DNA of 64,000 nucleotides from Clostridia bacterium (lineage in GTDB: Bacteria > Bacillota > Clostridia > Christensenellales > CAG-138): NCBI GenBank assembly GCA_030527115.1, contig JAUNBM010000004.1, positions 1,153 to 65,152 on the forward strand. Direction: 5' to 3'. Below the pieces are notes generated by a model. That model saw nothing but the letters and a program-made list of their open reading frames with translations, made no database searches and was not told where the DNA came from. Position 1 is the first letter of the stretch; the number at the start of each line of letters is the position of its first letter. Shown here piece by piece: positions 9,112-17,012 of the stretch. Both the position numbers and the translations under genes were made by a program.

Positions 9112-9690
9112 ATGGGAAGATTCCATGACAATTTGCAAAAGTTGCTCGACAGTAGAGGAATAACATTTGCCGAACTCTCTCGGCAAACAGGCATAAGCAA
9201 AAATGGCCTGTCTTATTGGCGCAGTCAAGATATAATTCCATCTTCGAGGACGCTAAAACGCATCACGGATTATCTGGGCATAGAAAAAGAGGATCTTCTC
9301 GCTGCGCAAAACGAGGAGCTATCGGTCGAGGAAATGACTATTATTGAGAGGATTTCTTTTGAACTCGATAAGCGTAGATTGGCAGGTTCTAAGCTGTCAG
9401 AGTATTTGGGAACAAGTAATGCCCAATTTGCAGCATGGAAGCGACGCTCGACAGATCCGCCTGCGAAATATATGCCAAAGATAGCTCACTTTCTGGGTGT
9501 ATCATTAGAGTATTTGCTGACGGGAATTGATAGCGAGCTGTCGGGCGAAAGCAAAGGAGTTGCATACTCATCTTCCGGTGACGAGATTGAGCTATCCCCT
9601 GAGGAAATGGAACTTGCAAGATTAAGGGCGAATGATGCTCTTACACAGCGCATTAAAGAGGTCGTTGAGGACATATTAAAAAGCACTTAA
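9112..9690 (+). CDS. XRE-family regulator with two HTH domains (cI-like repressor position)
   Basis: There are two HTH_3-like repeats (ITFAELSRQTGISKNGLSYW and GSKLSEYLGTSNAQFAAW). SD ggagga precedes the ATG at 9112. Confidence 0.75.
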   Translation: MGRFHDNLQKLLDSRGITFAELSRQTGISKNGLSYWRSQDIIPSSRTLKRITDYLGIEKEDLLAAQNEELSVEEMTIIERISFELDKRRLAGSKLSEYLGTSNAQFAAWKRRSTDPPAKYMPKIAHFLGVSLEYLLTGIDSELSGESKGVAYSSSGDEIELSPEEMELARLRANDALTQRIKEVVEDILKST

Positions 9691-9708
9691 AGCTTGCAAG
9701 GAGGTAGC

Positions 9709-10515
9709 ATGATGAGAACCGCTTTACTTTTCTCCCTGATTGTACTGTTTGCATTTTGCACCGGTTGCGACACTTCAAGCCGAGAGAACACGGCTCGAAA
9801 TGAATTTATCTCGTTGCTGTCTGAAAAAGGCTGGGCCGATGTTTCTGTCTACATCTTGTCAGAAAGCGAGAACCCTATCATTTCACTAAGTTGCGCCGAT
9901 TGTGAAGCTCTTGAATTTGCCGACTTTTGTACAGCCGCATATGAGAGCTATCTAACTATAGCCGTTTCTCATAAGCTTACCGAGCTTGATCTGCGTTGCC
10001 ATATGGCTTCTCGCGAATGTAGCTGGACCGTTTCTTTCGATGAAGCCTCTGGGACATATAAAGTGCTTGATGGGGAGTATTATTTCGACTACACCATTGA
10101 CGATATTCGAGCGATGTATGAGGATGATGCTGGAGAGGTGGCATCCACTTTGAGTAGCATAGAAAATAGAATTTGCGATGAAATGCGTGATTACTATGGG
10201 TGGGATGTAATGTCCGTTGATGTCAGAAATTCAAGTGATGGAGAAAGCTTTATCGTCAATATTCTGTTTGATTCGGGGGATCCCGCTGTCTTTACTTCCA
10301 TCTGCGACGATGCCCTTGAAGCATCTTTTTCAGCCTGCGAAGAATTTGGGCGTCCCTGTTCTTTGCTAATGATTCTCATGCAAGGTGATGACTCTATCGG
10401 TCTGGAAGAAACGGCTTGGCTTACTACCAATGGCATCTCCGGAGTATTCAGCTATAACGGGGCTGATTACGACGATGTGACTATCGAGGAAATGGGGGAA
10501 ATGTTATCCCAATAA
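9709..10515 (+). CDS. lipoprotein, unknown function
   Basis: The signal peptide has a lipobox-like end (LFAFCTGC). SD aaggagg is present. The mature part is acidic and I recognise no family. Confidence 0.7.
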   Translation: MMRTALLFSLIVLFAFCTGCDTSSRENTARNEFISLLSEKGWADVSVYILSESENPIISLSCADCEALEFADFCTAAYESYLTIAVSHKLTELDLRCHMASRECSWTVSFDEASGTYKVLDGEYYFDYTIDDIRAMYEDDAGEVASTLSSIENRICDEMRDYYGWDVMSVDVRNSSDGESFIVNILFDSGDPAVFTSICDDALEASFSACEEFGRPCSLLMILMQGDDSIGLEETAWLTTNGISGVFSYNGADYDDVTIEEMGEMLSQ

Positions 10516-10519
10516 AAAA

Positions 10520-10543
10520 CTGCCCACTATGGGGCAGCTTTTT
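10520..10543 (+). terminator. rho-independent terminator after the lipoprotein gene
   Basis: Stem CTGCCC/GGGCAG (10520-10525 with 10532-10537) is followed by a T run at 10539-10543. Confidence 0.7.
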
Positions 10544-10833
10544 GAACAACGGCTACTTACGGGCGCCTAAGATAGCCAATACACTTGATAATTCCCCCAC
10601 GGGAGGAATTAGAGCCAAAGTTTCCTGTTCCAAGCTGGAGCAGCTGCGGTTAACTGCAATGCAGTTTTCCCATTCAATAAGCAACAGGTCGCAACGTTCA
10701 GGAAAGTCGATTAGTACCACGCGTTTGATGTTGCACCTCCTTATTGAGCTGACGGGTGCAAAGATAATTCTATCAAAGGGGTGATTTCTTTTCAAGGGTG
10801 TAAATATGTAATACTGATAAGTATTACTATATT

Positions 10834-10856
10834 TCAATCTCAATCTCAATCTCAAT
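10834..10856. repeat. hexamer tandem repeat (TCAATC)x3.8
   Basis: Read directly from the sequence: tcaatc tcaatc tcaatc tcaat. It is preceded by the perfect palindrome GTAATACTgataAGTATTAC at 10808-10827. Confidence 0.9.
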
Positions 10857-11133
10857 ATGCTTTGCTTTGGTTTTTTTGCTTTTTTCAAAAACCTTTTGGT
10901 TTCCAAAAAAGAGAGGTTTCTACGATTTTTATATTAAGGAGGTGACAGAAATAGAGGGAAATGGGGCAAAATAAGCAAAAATGATGTTCACTTTTTCCTT
11001 TCAAAAAACATTACCCGAAAACAAAAAAACCAAATGGAAGAAGAAAAACCAAATGGTTTTGTCGCTCTGCAAGCTCGCCCGACCAATCATGCCTTGTCAC
11101 CCTGTTACAAAATTCGACAAGGAGATTATTGTT

Positions 11134-12273
11134 ATGCCTATTCCAAAAATTCATCGTCGTGCCAACGGCACCTATTACTGCTCCCCTTATTTTGGGGGGA
11201 AGCGAATGAGCATCTACGGAAAGACCCCCGAAGAGGTTGAAAAGAAGTATATCAAGCTATGTTATGAGTACGGAACCGGGGTTAGAGTGAGCGAGAAAAT
11301 TACGCTTGCTGATTACATGCGCAGTTGGCTCTCTATCCGCAAGGACACCATCGCTCCTTATACCTATACTGGCTACAAGAACAACATAGAGAATCACATA
11401 GTCCCCTACATTGGGAATCTCTTCCTGCAAGACATTAAAGCGGAGCAGATAAAATCACTATACAACAAACTGCGAAAAGAAGGCTCAAAAAAAGATAACA
11501 AGGGACTCAGCGGAACAAGCATTCTTTATGTTCATAGGGTTCTCAATATGGCTTTCAAAGATGCTGTGAACAGCAACTTGATCCCAAGGAACCCGGTTAG
11601 CACCATAAAGGCTCCTGCACGAAATAACTATAAGCCACAGGCTACAGATGAAGAGGGCTTGAAACGGTTTTTAGACATTATTAAAGGTGAGGAGTACGAG
11701 GTTGCCGCCCATTTGGCAATTGCGCTTGGTGCTCGACGAGGCGAGCTGTGCGGTCTGCAATGGGACGATATTGACTTTGAAAAGAAATTAGCTATTATAC
11801 GCCGAGCGATATCCCAGACAAGCGAAGCCGGCATTATAGTAAAAACAGTAAAATCAGGCAAGGAGCGAATCGCGCCTATTCCTGACGGAACGCTACGACT
11901 TCTATCTTCTGAGATTAACCGTCAAAAAGTTAATCGAGAGATTATGGGTGCCGCATATCATGAGAACAGCTATATATGTGTTCACCGCGACGGAAAGCCA
12001 TTTACGCCATACTCATTGTCAATCAGTATTAACCACGCAATTAAAAAGGCGGGAATAACCATCACACTCAAGGACCTCCGAACAACATATGTTTCGTTGC
12101 AATACAAGTATGGTTCGGATTCTAAGGCAATAATGGGCGCCGTGGGGCATGCTTCTGAAAAGTTTGAGAGGGACAGATACCAATATGTCTACGACAGCAT
12201 GAAAAAGCAACTTGCCGATAATATTGATAAAAACATCTACGAAAGCGAATCCGATGAAAAGGGGAAGTTTTGA
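11134..12273 (+). CDS. tyrosine-type site-specific integrase
   Basis: It has an N-terminal SAM-like domain and a C-terminal catalytic region (ALGARRGELCGLQWDDID, LKDLRTTYVS, AVGHAS, a terminal Tyr region). SD aaggag precedes MPIPKI. It is adjacent to the tRNA att site. Confidence 0.9.
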   Translation: MPIPKIHRRANGTYYCSPYFGGKRMSIYGKTPEEVEKKYIKLCYEYGTGVRVSEKITLADYMRSWLSIRKDTIAPYTYTGYKNNIENHIVPYIGNLFLQDIKAEQIKSLYNKLRKEGSKKDNKGLSGTSILYVHRVLNMAFKDAVNSNLIPRNPVSTIKAPARNNYKPQATDEEGLKRFLDIIKGEEYEVAAHLAIALGARRGELCGLQWDDIDFEKKLAIIRRAISQTSEAGIIVKTVKSGKERIAPIPDGTLRLLSSEINRQKVNREIMGAAYHENSYICVHRDGKPFTPYSLSISINHAIKKAGITITLKDLRTTYVSLQYKYGSDSKAIMGAVGHASEKFERDRYQYVYDSMKKQLADNIDKNIYESESDEKGKF

Positions 12274-12390
12274 AATTATGAACAAAATGTTAAAGTACGG
12301 AGATGTGACTGACACAACAATCTGTTCCGGGCTTACTACCATTGAGCGGCAGACCTCGGCCCCCGCTTGCTGGCTCATTTCGTCTAAAAG

Positions 12391-12571
12391 GTGCATAAAA
12401 CCGTGTATATACAGCGAAAAAACGGTGCATAAAGCTAAAATGGTAGTAAGATGGTAGTAAGCACTTACTACCATTAGAAAAAAGAAGAGCCCTGAAAGTG
12501 GCTAACTATCAGGGTTCTTCGGTGGCTGCGGAACTAGGATTTGAACCTAGACAATACGAGTCAGAGTCGTA
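12391..12571. repeat. right copy of island-flanking direct repeat, overlapping the 3' part of the intact tRNA-Gln
   Basis: Aligned by eye with 3883-4061. The tRNA part is identical, with scattered mismatches in the ~120 bp beyond the tRNA 3' end. Confidence 0.85.
12476..12520 (-). terminator. terminator downstream of tRNA-Gln
   Basis: Stem 12484-12495 with 12509-12520 (GAAGAGCCCTGA/TCAGGGTTCTTC, one mismatch) is followed on the minus strand by a T run (plus-strand A run at 12476-12483). Confidence 0.7.
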
Positions 12572-12596
12572 GGTGCTACCATTACACAATTCCGCA
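12523..12596 (-). tRNA. tRNA-Gln, anticodon CUG
   Basis: Folded by hand. The acceptor stem is UGCGGAA/UUCCGCA with U1-A72, the D stem is GUGU/GCAC, the anticodon stem is UACGA/UCGUA with loop CUCUGAC, the T arm is CUAGG-UUCAAAU-CCUAG, and CCA is encoded. Confidence 0.9.
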
Positions 12597-12788
12597 TTTT
12601 TTCCCGAAAAATCCCGAGATGCCGTCCGCCTGAGTGATAACACCCGCCTCTCGGCAGGTTTGGGTGCCGAGTGTTGCCTTCAACCTTCCCGTCGAAGCGG
12701 GCTTGACTTCCGGCGAACAACGTCAGCTCCCGCTGTATCAATGTGGGTTTATCACAAAAAACGTAACGCACACCGCAGGATTTCCGTT

Positions 12789-12865
12789 TGGTGGGATTAA
12801 TTGGGATCGAACCAATGACCTCTACGATGTCAACGTAGCGCTCTAACCAGCTGAGCTATAACCCC
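12789..12865 (-). tRNA. tRNA-Val, anticodon GAC
   Basis: Folded by hand. The acceptor stem is GGGGUUA/UAAUCCC, the D-arm sequence is AGCUCAGCUGGUUAGAGC, the anticodon stem is CUACG/CGUAG with loop UUGACAU, the T loop is GGUUCGAUCC, and CCA is encoded. Confidence 0.9.
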
Positions 12866-12879
12866 TCGTCGCAATATCT

Positions 12880-12907
12880 ATTATACACTACAACGCAAAA
12901 AAATCAA
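12880..12907 (-). promoter_or_regulatory. candidate sigma-A promoter for the tRNA-Val/tRNA-Gln transcript
   Basis: On the minus strand, -35 TTGATT (12907-12902) and -10 TATAAT (12885-12880) are separated by a 16-nt spacer. The -10 ends ~14 nt upstream of the mature tRNA-Val 5' end. Confidence 0.5.
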
Positions 12908-13045
12908 GGGGTATTTTTCATTTTTTGCAAGTAGGTGAAACGGCGTTTAAGCTGAATATTGTTCTTTGAGCCGGGACGGTTTCGATTTGGGCGTCGCCGC
13001 CCCGGCTCTAAAGGATAAAGATAGCTTTTTTCGCCTGCCGGCAAA

Positions 13046-13861
13046 TCAGAACAGCTTTTCCAAAATCAAATTGACGAGGGCGGTAAAGCGCTTTGCCGAA
13101 ATTGCCGCCGTCTCGTTTACTTCCTCATGCGAGAGGGGCTGATCCAAAATCCCCGCCGCCATATTGGTGATAAGGCTGATGCCCACGACTTTAATTCCGC
13201 AATGCGACGCTGTCATCGTTTCGGGGATGGTCGACATTCCAACCGCGTCCGCCCCGATGATCCTTGCCATGCGTATCTCCGCGGGCGTTTCATAGCAGGG
13301 CCCGGACATCATCAGATACACGCCCTCGGCAAGCTCGATTCCGTTCTCGCCCGCCAGCGCCTTAAGCCTGCTTCTCAGCTCCTTATCGTAAACGTTGCTC
13401 TGATCCGGAAAGCGAAGCCCGAATTCGTCAAGGTTTTTGCCGATCAGCGGATTGCCGCCCGACAGATTGATGTGGTCGGAGATAAGCATCAGCGTTCCGG
13501 GCTTGTAGTCGAGATTCACGCCGCCCGCCGCATTGGTCACGAGCAGTTTCTCAACTCCGAGCTTCTTCATGGTGCGAACGCCCAGAGCGAGCAGATTCTG
13601 CGGATAGCCCTCATAGTAATGGAACCGCCCCTGCATGGCTATCACCGTTTTTCCGTATTTTTCGCCCACGACAAAGCGGTTCTTATGCCCGTGCACCTCC
13701 GAAACCGGATAGCCCTCTATGTCCGCATAGTTGACGAAGCGCTTGTTGTCGAGCGTCTCCGCATAATCGCCGAGCCCGCTTCCCAAAATAAGTCCGATAC
13801 GGGGGCTTTCCCCGCCAACCGCCTTTAGCTTGCTTACCGCCGCATTGATAATTTCCAGCAT
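13046..13861 (-). CDS. punA: purine nucleoside phosphorylase (PunA/PNP-I type)
   Basis: 271 aa, with GLILGSGLG, RFHYYEGY and VGMSTIPE signatures of the trimeric PNP family. It forms an operon with deoB. Confidence 0.88.
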   Translation of the reverse strand: MLEIINAAVSKLKAVGGESPRIGLILGSGLGDYAETLDNKRFVNYADIEGYPVSEVHGHKNRFVVGEKYGKTVIAMQGRFHYYEGYPQNLLALGVRTMKKLGVEKLLVTNAAGGVNLDYKPGTLMLISDHINLSGGNPLIGKNLDEFGLRFPDQSNVYDKELRSRLKALAGENGIELAEGVYLMMSGPCYETPAEIRMARIIGADAVGMSTIPETMTASHCGIKVVGISLITNMAAGILDQPLSHEEVNETAAISAKRFTALVNLILEKLF

Positions 13862-13863
13862 AC

Positions 13864-15039
13864 CTATCCCTCCAAAATATCAGTCAAAAATGATGTTCCT
13901 TCCCTCCAGGTTTCGCCCGTCAGGTATTCATAAACGGTCGCGCCTATGTCCGCAAAGGTTTTCCTCGTGCCGAGATTCACGCCCTTTTTAACGCGCTTTC
14001 CATAAACGAGCAACGGGATGTATTCACGCGAGTGATCGGTGCTGGGCGTGGTCGGATCGCAACCGTGGTCGGCGGTTATCATCAGAATATCGCCCTCCTT
14101 CAGCCCCTCCGTCATCTCCGGCAGGCGCGCGTCAAACTCCTCGAGCGCCTCCGCATAGCCCTCCACATTGTTGCGATGGCCGTACAGCATATCGAAGTCC
14201 ACGAGGTTGACGAATACGAAACTGCCCTGCCCGCTCCCTATAAGTCTGACCGTCGACGCCATTCCGGTGTGATTATTGCGCGTATGATCCACCGTCGTTA
14301 CGCCCTTGTTGCAGAAGATATCCTCGATCTTGCCAACTCCGACGACCTCCAGGCCGCGCTTGTCGAGCGCCTCCAGCACCGTCTCCTTAAACGGGGCGAG
14401 GGCGTAATCCTTTCGGTTTTCGGTTCGGGTATAGTTTCCGTCGCCGCCTACAAACGGACGGGCGATAACCCTGCCCACAAGATTCTCGCCAACGAGCATC
14501 TCGCGGGCGATTTTGCACATCTCATACAGCTCGGCAAGCGGGATTACCTCCTCATGCGCCGCCACCTGAAAGACGCTGTCCGCCGAGGTGTATACGATGG
14601 GTTTTCCCGTCCTTACATGCTCGTCCCCAAGCTCCTGAATTATCTGGGTTCCGCTCGCCACGCAGTTACCAATTACTCCCCTGCCTATCCGCTTCTCATA
14701 TTCGTCCAAAAAGGAGCGCGGGAAGCCGTTGGGATAGGTTTTAAAGGGCTCGTCCATCGCATAGCCTGCCATCTCCCAATGTCCGCAGGTGGTATCCTTC
14801 GCGCGGGTCAGCTCCGCGCACTTGCCATAGCAACCAACGATTTCGCCGGCGGTTTTGGGAAGAACGCTACCGTCTATGTCGGCAATGCCCAGCCGCGTCA
14901 TGTTGGGGATGTTCAGCTTGCCGCGAACCTTATAGATATTTCCGAAGGTGTTGGAGCCCGCATCCCCAAAATCGGCAGCGTCGGGCATCTCGCCGATCCC
15001 CGCGCTGTCCAATACTATCAAAATAACTCTTTTTTTCAT
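13864..15039 (-). CDS. deoB: phosphopentomutase
   Basis: VILIVLDSAGIG, TADHGCDPT and other alkaline-phosphatase-superfamily DeoB signatures are present. I chose the start at MKKRVIL. Confidence 0.9.
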   Translation of the reverse strand: MKKRVILIVLDSAGIGEMPDAADFGDAGSNTFGNIYKVRGKLNIPNMTRLGIADIDGSVLPKTAGEIVGCYGKCAELTRAKDTTCGHWEMAGYAMDEPFKTYPNGFPRSFLDEYEKRIGRGVIGNCVASGTQIIQELGDEHVRTGKPIVYTSADSVFQVAAHEEVIPLAELYEMCKIAREMLVGENLVGRVIARPFVGGDGNYTRTENRKDYALAPFKETVLEALDKRGLEVVGVGKIEDIFCNKGVTTVDHTRNNHTGMASTVRLIGSGQGSFVFVNLVDFDMLYGHRNNVEGYAEALEEFDARLPEMTEGLKEGDILMITADHGCDPTTPSTDHSREYIPLLVYGKRVKKGVNLGTRKTFADIGATVYEYLTGETWREGTSFLTDILEG

Positions 15040-15186
15040 CTTGCACCTCGCATTCTCTTTCGAGTATATCATACCACGAAAGCTCCGTTTCAGTCAACGA
15101 TAATCAGCGGGCTTGCGCCTTTTTACAAAGGCGGGCGAGGAATTTCTTTTGCAAAACATCTTGCTTTTATCCTGCCGGAGCTGATC

Positions 15187-15981
15187 TCAGCCCAGAGCCA
15201 CGTCGAGCACCATCATAACCGTAAAGCCCAGCATCACCCCAACGGTCGCGAGCAACTTGTTGTCCTTGAAGGATTCGGGGATTAGCTCCGAGCAGACTAC
15301 GGCTATCATCGCGCCCGCCGAAAAAGTCAGCGCCAGCGGCAAAGCCGAGCGCACCGAGAGCGCGAACACAACTCCGAGAACTCCGGCTATCGGCTCCACT
15401 ATTCCCGAAGCCTGCCCGATTAGAAAGCTTTTCATCCTCGACGCGCCGTCCCTGCGGAGCGGCATCGCCACGCAAACCCCCTCCGGAAAGTTTTGAAGTC
15501 CTATTCCCAAAGCCAGCGTTATCGCGCCGATTAATGAAGTTCCGCTGAGCCCCAGCGCGACGCTCCCAAAAGCTACTCCGACAGCAAGCCCCTCCGGTAT
15601 GTTGTGAAGCGTCACCGCCGTCGTCAGCTTTATGGAGCGAACCATTTTGGAATCGGTTTTGCCCACCGCCCTGTTCTTCGACAGGAGCAGGTCGGTGCCG
15701 ATGATGAAAGCTCCGCCGAGCAGAAAGCCTATCGCGGCGGTCAGCCACGCATTGTCACCCAGCTCCGTGGAAAGCTCTATCGCGGGCGCTAACAGCGACC
15801 AGAATGAAGCCGCTATCATCACCCCGCCTGCGAAGCCCATCATCGTGTCGAGAATCCTTTGATTCATGGATTTCATGAAGAACACCAGCGAAGCGCCGAT
15901 TGCGGTTACGCCATAGGTAAAAAGAGTAGCAAAAAGCCCCTGCAAAACAGGGGATAGATTTAAAAAAGCTTCCAAGCGCAT
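15187..15981 (-). CDS. ZIP family metal (zinc) transporter
   Basis: An 8-TM protein with the HNIPEGLAVG and QNFPEG motifs typical of ZupT/ZIP proteins. Confidence 0.85.
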   Translation of the reverse strand: MRLEAFLNLSPVLQGLFATLFTYGVTAIGASLVFFMKSMNQRILDTMMGFAGGVMIAASFWSLLAPAIELSTELGDNAWLTAAIGFLLGGAFIIGTDLLLSKNRAVGKTDSKMVRSIKLTTAVTLHNIPEGLAVGVAFGSVALGLSGTSLIGAITLALGIGLQNFPEGVCVAMPLRRDGASRMKSFLIGQASGIVEPIAGVLGVVFALSVRSALPLALTFSAGAMIAVVCSELIPESFKDNKLLATVGVMLGFTVMMVLDVALG

Positions 15982-16032
15982 ACCCTCCGAAAATTTTATT
16001 CCCGATATAGTATGCAGTTTCGTTCAAACCCG

Positions 16033-16230
16033 TTATCTTTGGGCTTCTTCCTCGTCCCCGCCCAGCCTCAGCCGGGCGATAAGCCTCAGCTCCTCCGCGC
16101 TTTTCGGAGCGCCCATAGCGCCCATGCAGGCGGTGCAACGGGTTAAACACTCCGGACAGACGCAACCGCTGTCCAGCCCTTTCTCGCTCTGAACCATGTA
16201 TTCTCCGCAATTTTGACAGCTGCAACGCAT
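16033..16230 (-). CDS. small cysteine-rich (zinc-ribbon-like) protein
   Basis: 65 aa with CxCxxC, CxCxxC and CxxC clusters and an acidic tail. The family is not identified with certainty. Confidence 0.5.
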   Translation of the reverse strand: MRCSCQNCGEYMVQSEKGLDSGCVCPECLTRCTACMGAMGAPKSAEELRLIARLRLGGDEEEAQR

Positions 16231-16304
16231 AATTATCCCTCCGCCTTAATAATAGCACCTTTGCGCCCCTATGCAAAGGAAAGTTTTTATGATAAAATAC
16301 GGGC

Positions 16305-17012
16305 ATGAAAAGAACGGTTTTGCTCTTGCTTGTCTTATCGCTGATTTTGTCCGCCTCCTTCGCCTCCGCTTCCGAGCAGGACGCTCTGCTGGCGCAGGGA
16401 AGCAGCGGCGATCAGGTCGTGCGGCTTCAGCTCCGTCTTTTCGATCTCGGCTTCTATACCTACAAGCCGACCGGCAGTTTCCAGGTCGTTACAAGAACTG
16501 CGGTTATAGCCTTTCAGCAGAGGGCAGGAATTATGTCGGACGGTTCCGTCGGAAGCGAAAGCCTGTCCCTTCTCTATTCCAATTCCGCGCCGCGAGCCGC
16601 CTTTGCGTCGGTCATCCCGATAAGCTATACCGCCCAAAGCTCCAGCCTGCCCTATAAGGGCAGCGGCATGGACTGGTATGAGGTAAGAGCCGAACTTGAA
16701 CCGAACCTCGCCTATCAGGTCACCAATGCGGAAAGCGGAGAAACCGCCGGCCTTTTCTTCCTCAACGGCGCTTATCATGCCGAGATGCAACCCGTTTCCA
16801 ATGCCGACAGGCTTATCCTCAACGGCTGGCTCGGCTCAACCAACAGCTATTATAAATGCGCGGTGACGCTAAACCTGAACGGACGTGAGATTGCCGCCTC
16901 AATTCAATGGAACGGCGAGAATATCTGTATGTACTTCACCAACAGCCGCTCCCATGTGGCGGGGCTTACGGATGTGGAGCATTCCGCCCTCGTCGCGCTG
17001 GCTACCCGCTGA
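16305..17012 (+). CDS. secreted protein with peptidoglycan-binding (PG_binding_1-like) domain
   Basis: A signal peptide is followed by GSSGDQVVRLQLRLFDLGFY...TAVIAFQQRAGIMSDGSVG. Confidence 0.7.
   Translation: MKRTVLLLLVLSLILSASFASASEQDALLAQGSSGDQVVRLQLRLFDLGFYTYKPTGSFQVVTRTAVIAFQQRAGIMSDGSVGSESLSLLYSNSAPRAAFASVIPISYTAQSSSLPYKGSGMDWYEVRAELEPNLAYQVTNAESGETAGLFFLNGAYHAEMQPVSNADRLILNGWLGSTNSYYKCAVTLNLNGREIAASIQWNGENICMYFTNSRSHVAGLTDVEHSALVALATR

Larger units (their letters stand above)
4013..12571. mobile_element. integrated element (degenerate prophage/PICI/IME-like island) in the 3' end of tRNA-Gln
   Basis: A tRNA 3'-end duplication bounds the region and a tyrosine integrase sits next to the intact tRNA. 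The region holds a cI/cro/xis-like module and ParB. Sampled 60-nt lines are ~37-47% GC, versus ~57% in a flanking line. Confidence 0.8.

Noticed and set aside
10834-10856. A possible CRISPR-like or minisatellite array.
   Set aside because: There are fewer than 4 copies of a 6-nt unit, with no spacers and no cas genes in the window.
10553-10906. A 117-aa minus-strand ORF between the lipoprotein terminator and int.
   Set aside because: There is no plausible start with an SD. The only SD-like aaggagg is followed by ATC and a distant GTG. The N-terminal part is a translation of the hexamer repeat and A/T tracts. It may be a gene relic.
10981-11133. The upstream extension of the integrase ORF (MMFTFSFQKT...).
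   Set aside because: It is a low-complexity Lys/Asn-rich translation of an A-rich region. A proper SD precedes the internal ATG at 11134, which gives a normal integrase N-terminus.
12597-12788. Naming the tRNA spacer as SRP RNA, 6S RNA or a riboswitch.
   Set aside because: I could not find the SRP domain IV consensus (GGAAGCAGC-type), a 6S-like central bubble architecture, or any riboswitch core I know. It is kept only as an unclassified candidate.
12212-12846. ORFs 12212-12457, 12547-12771, 12573-12800 and 12634-12846 in the six-frame track.
   Set aside because: They overlap the att repeat, the tRNA genes and the structured spacer. They have no SD and no protein-like composition.
14032-15285. 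A long antisense ORF (417 aa) opposite deoB. Similar shadow ORFs occur elsewhere, for example 1138-2187, 13127-13828, 19123-19761, 29184-29897, 43833-44405 and 57136-58029.
   Set aside because: These are typical high-GC shadow frames opposite well-supported genes. They have Arg/Gly/His-rich composition, no SD and no motifs.
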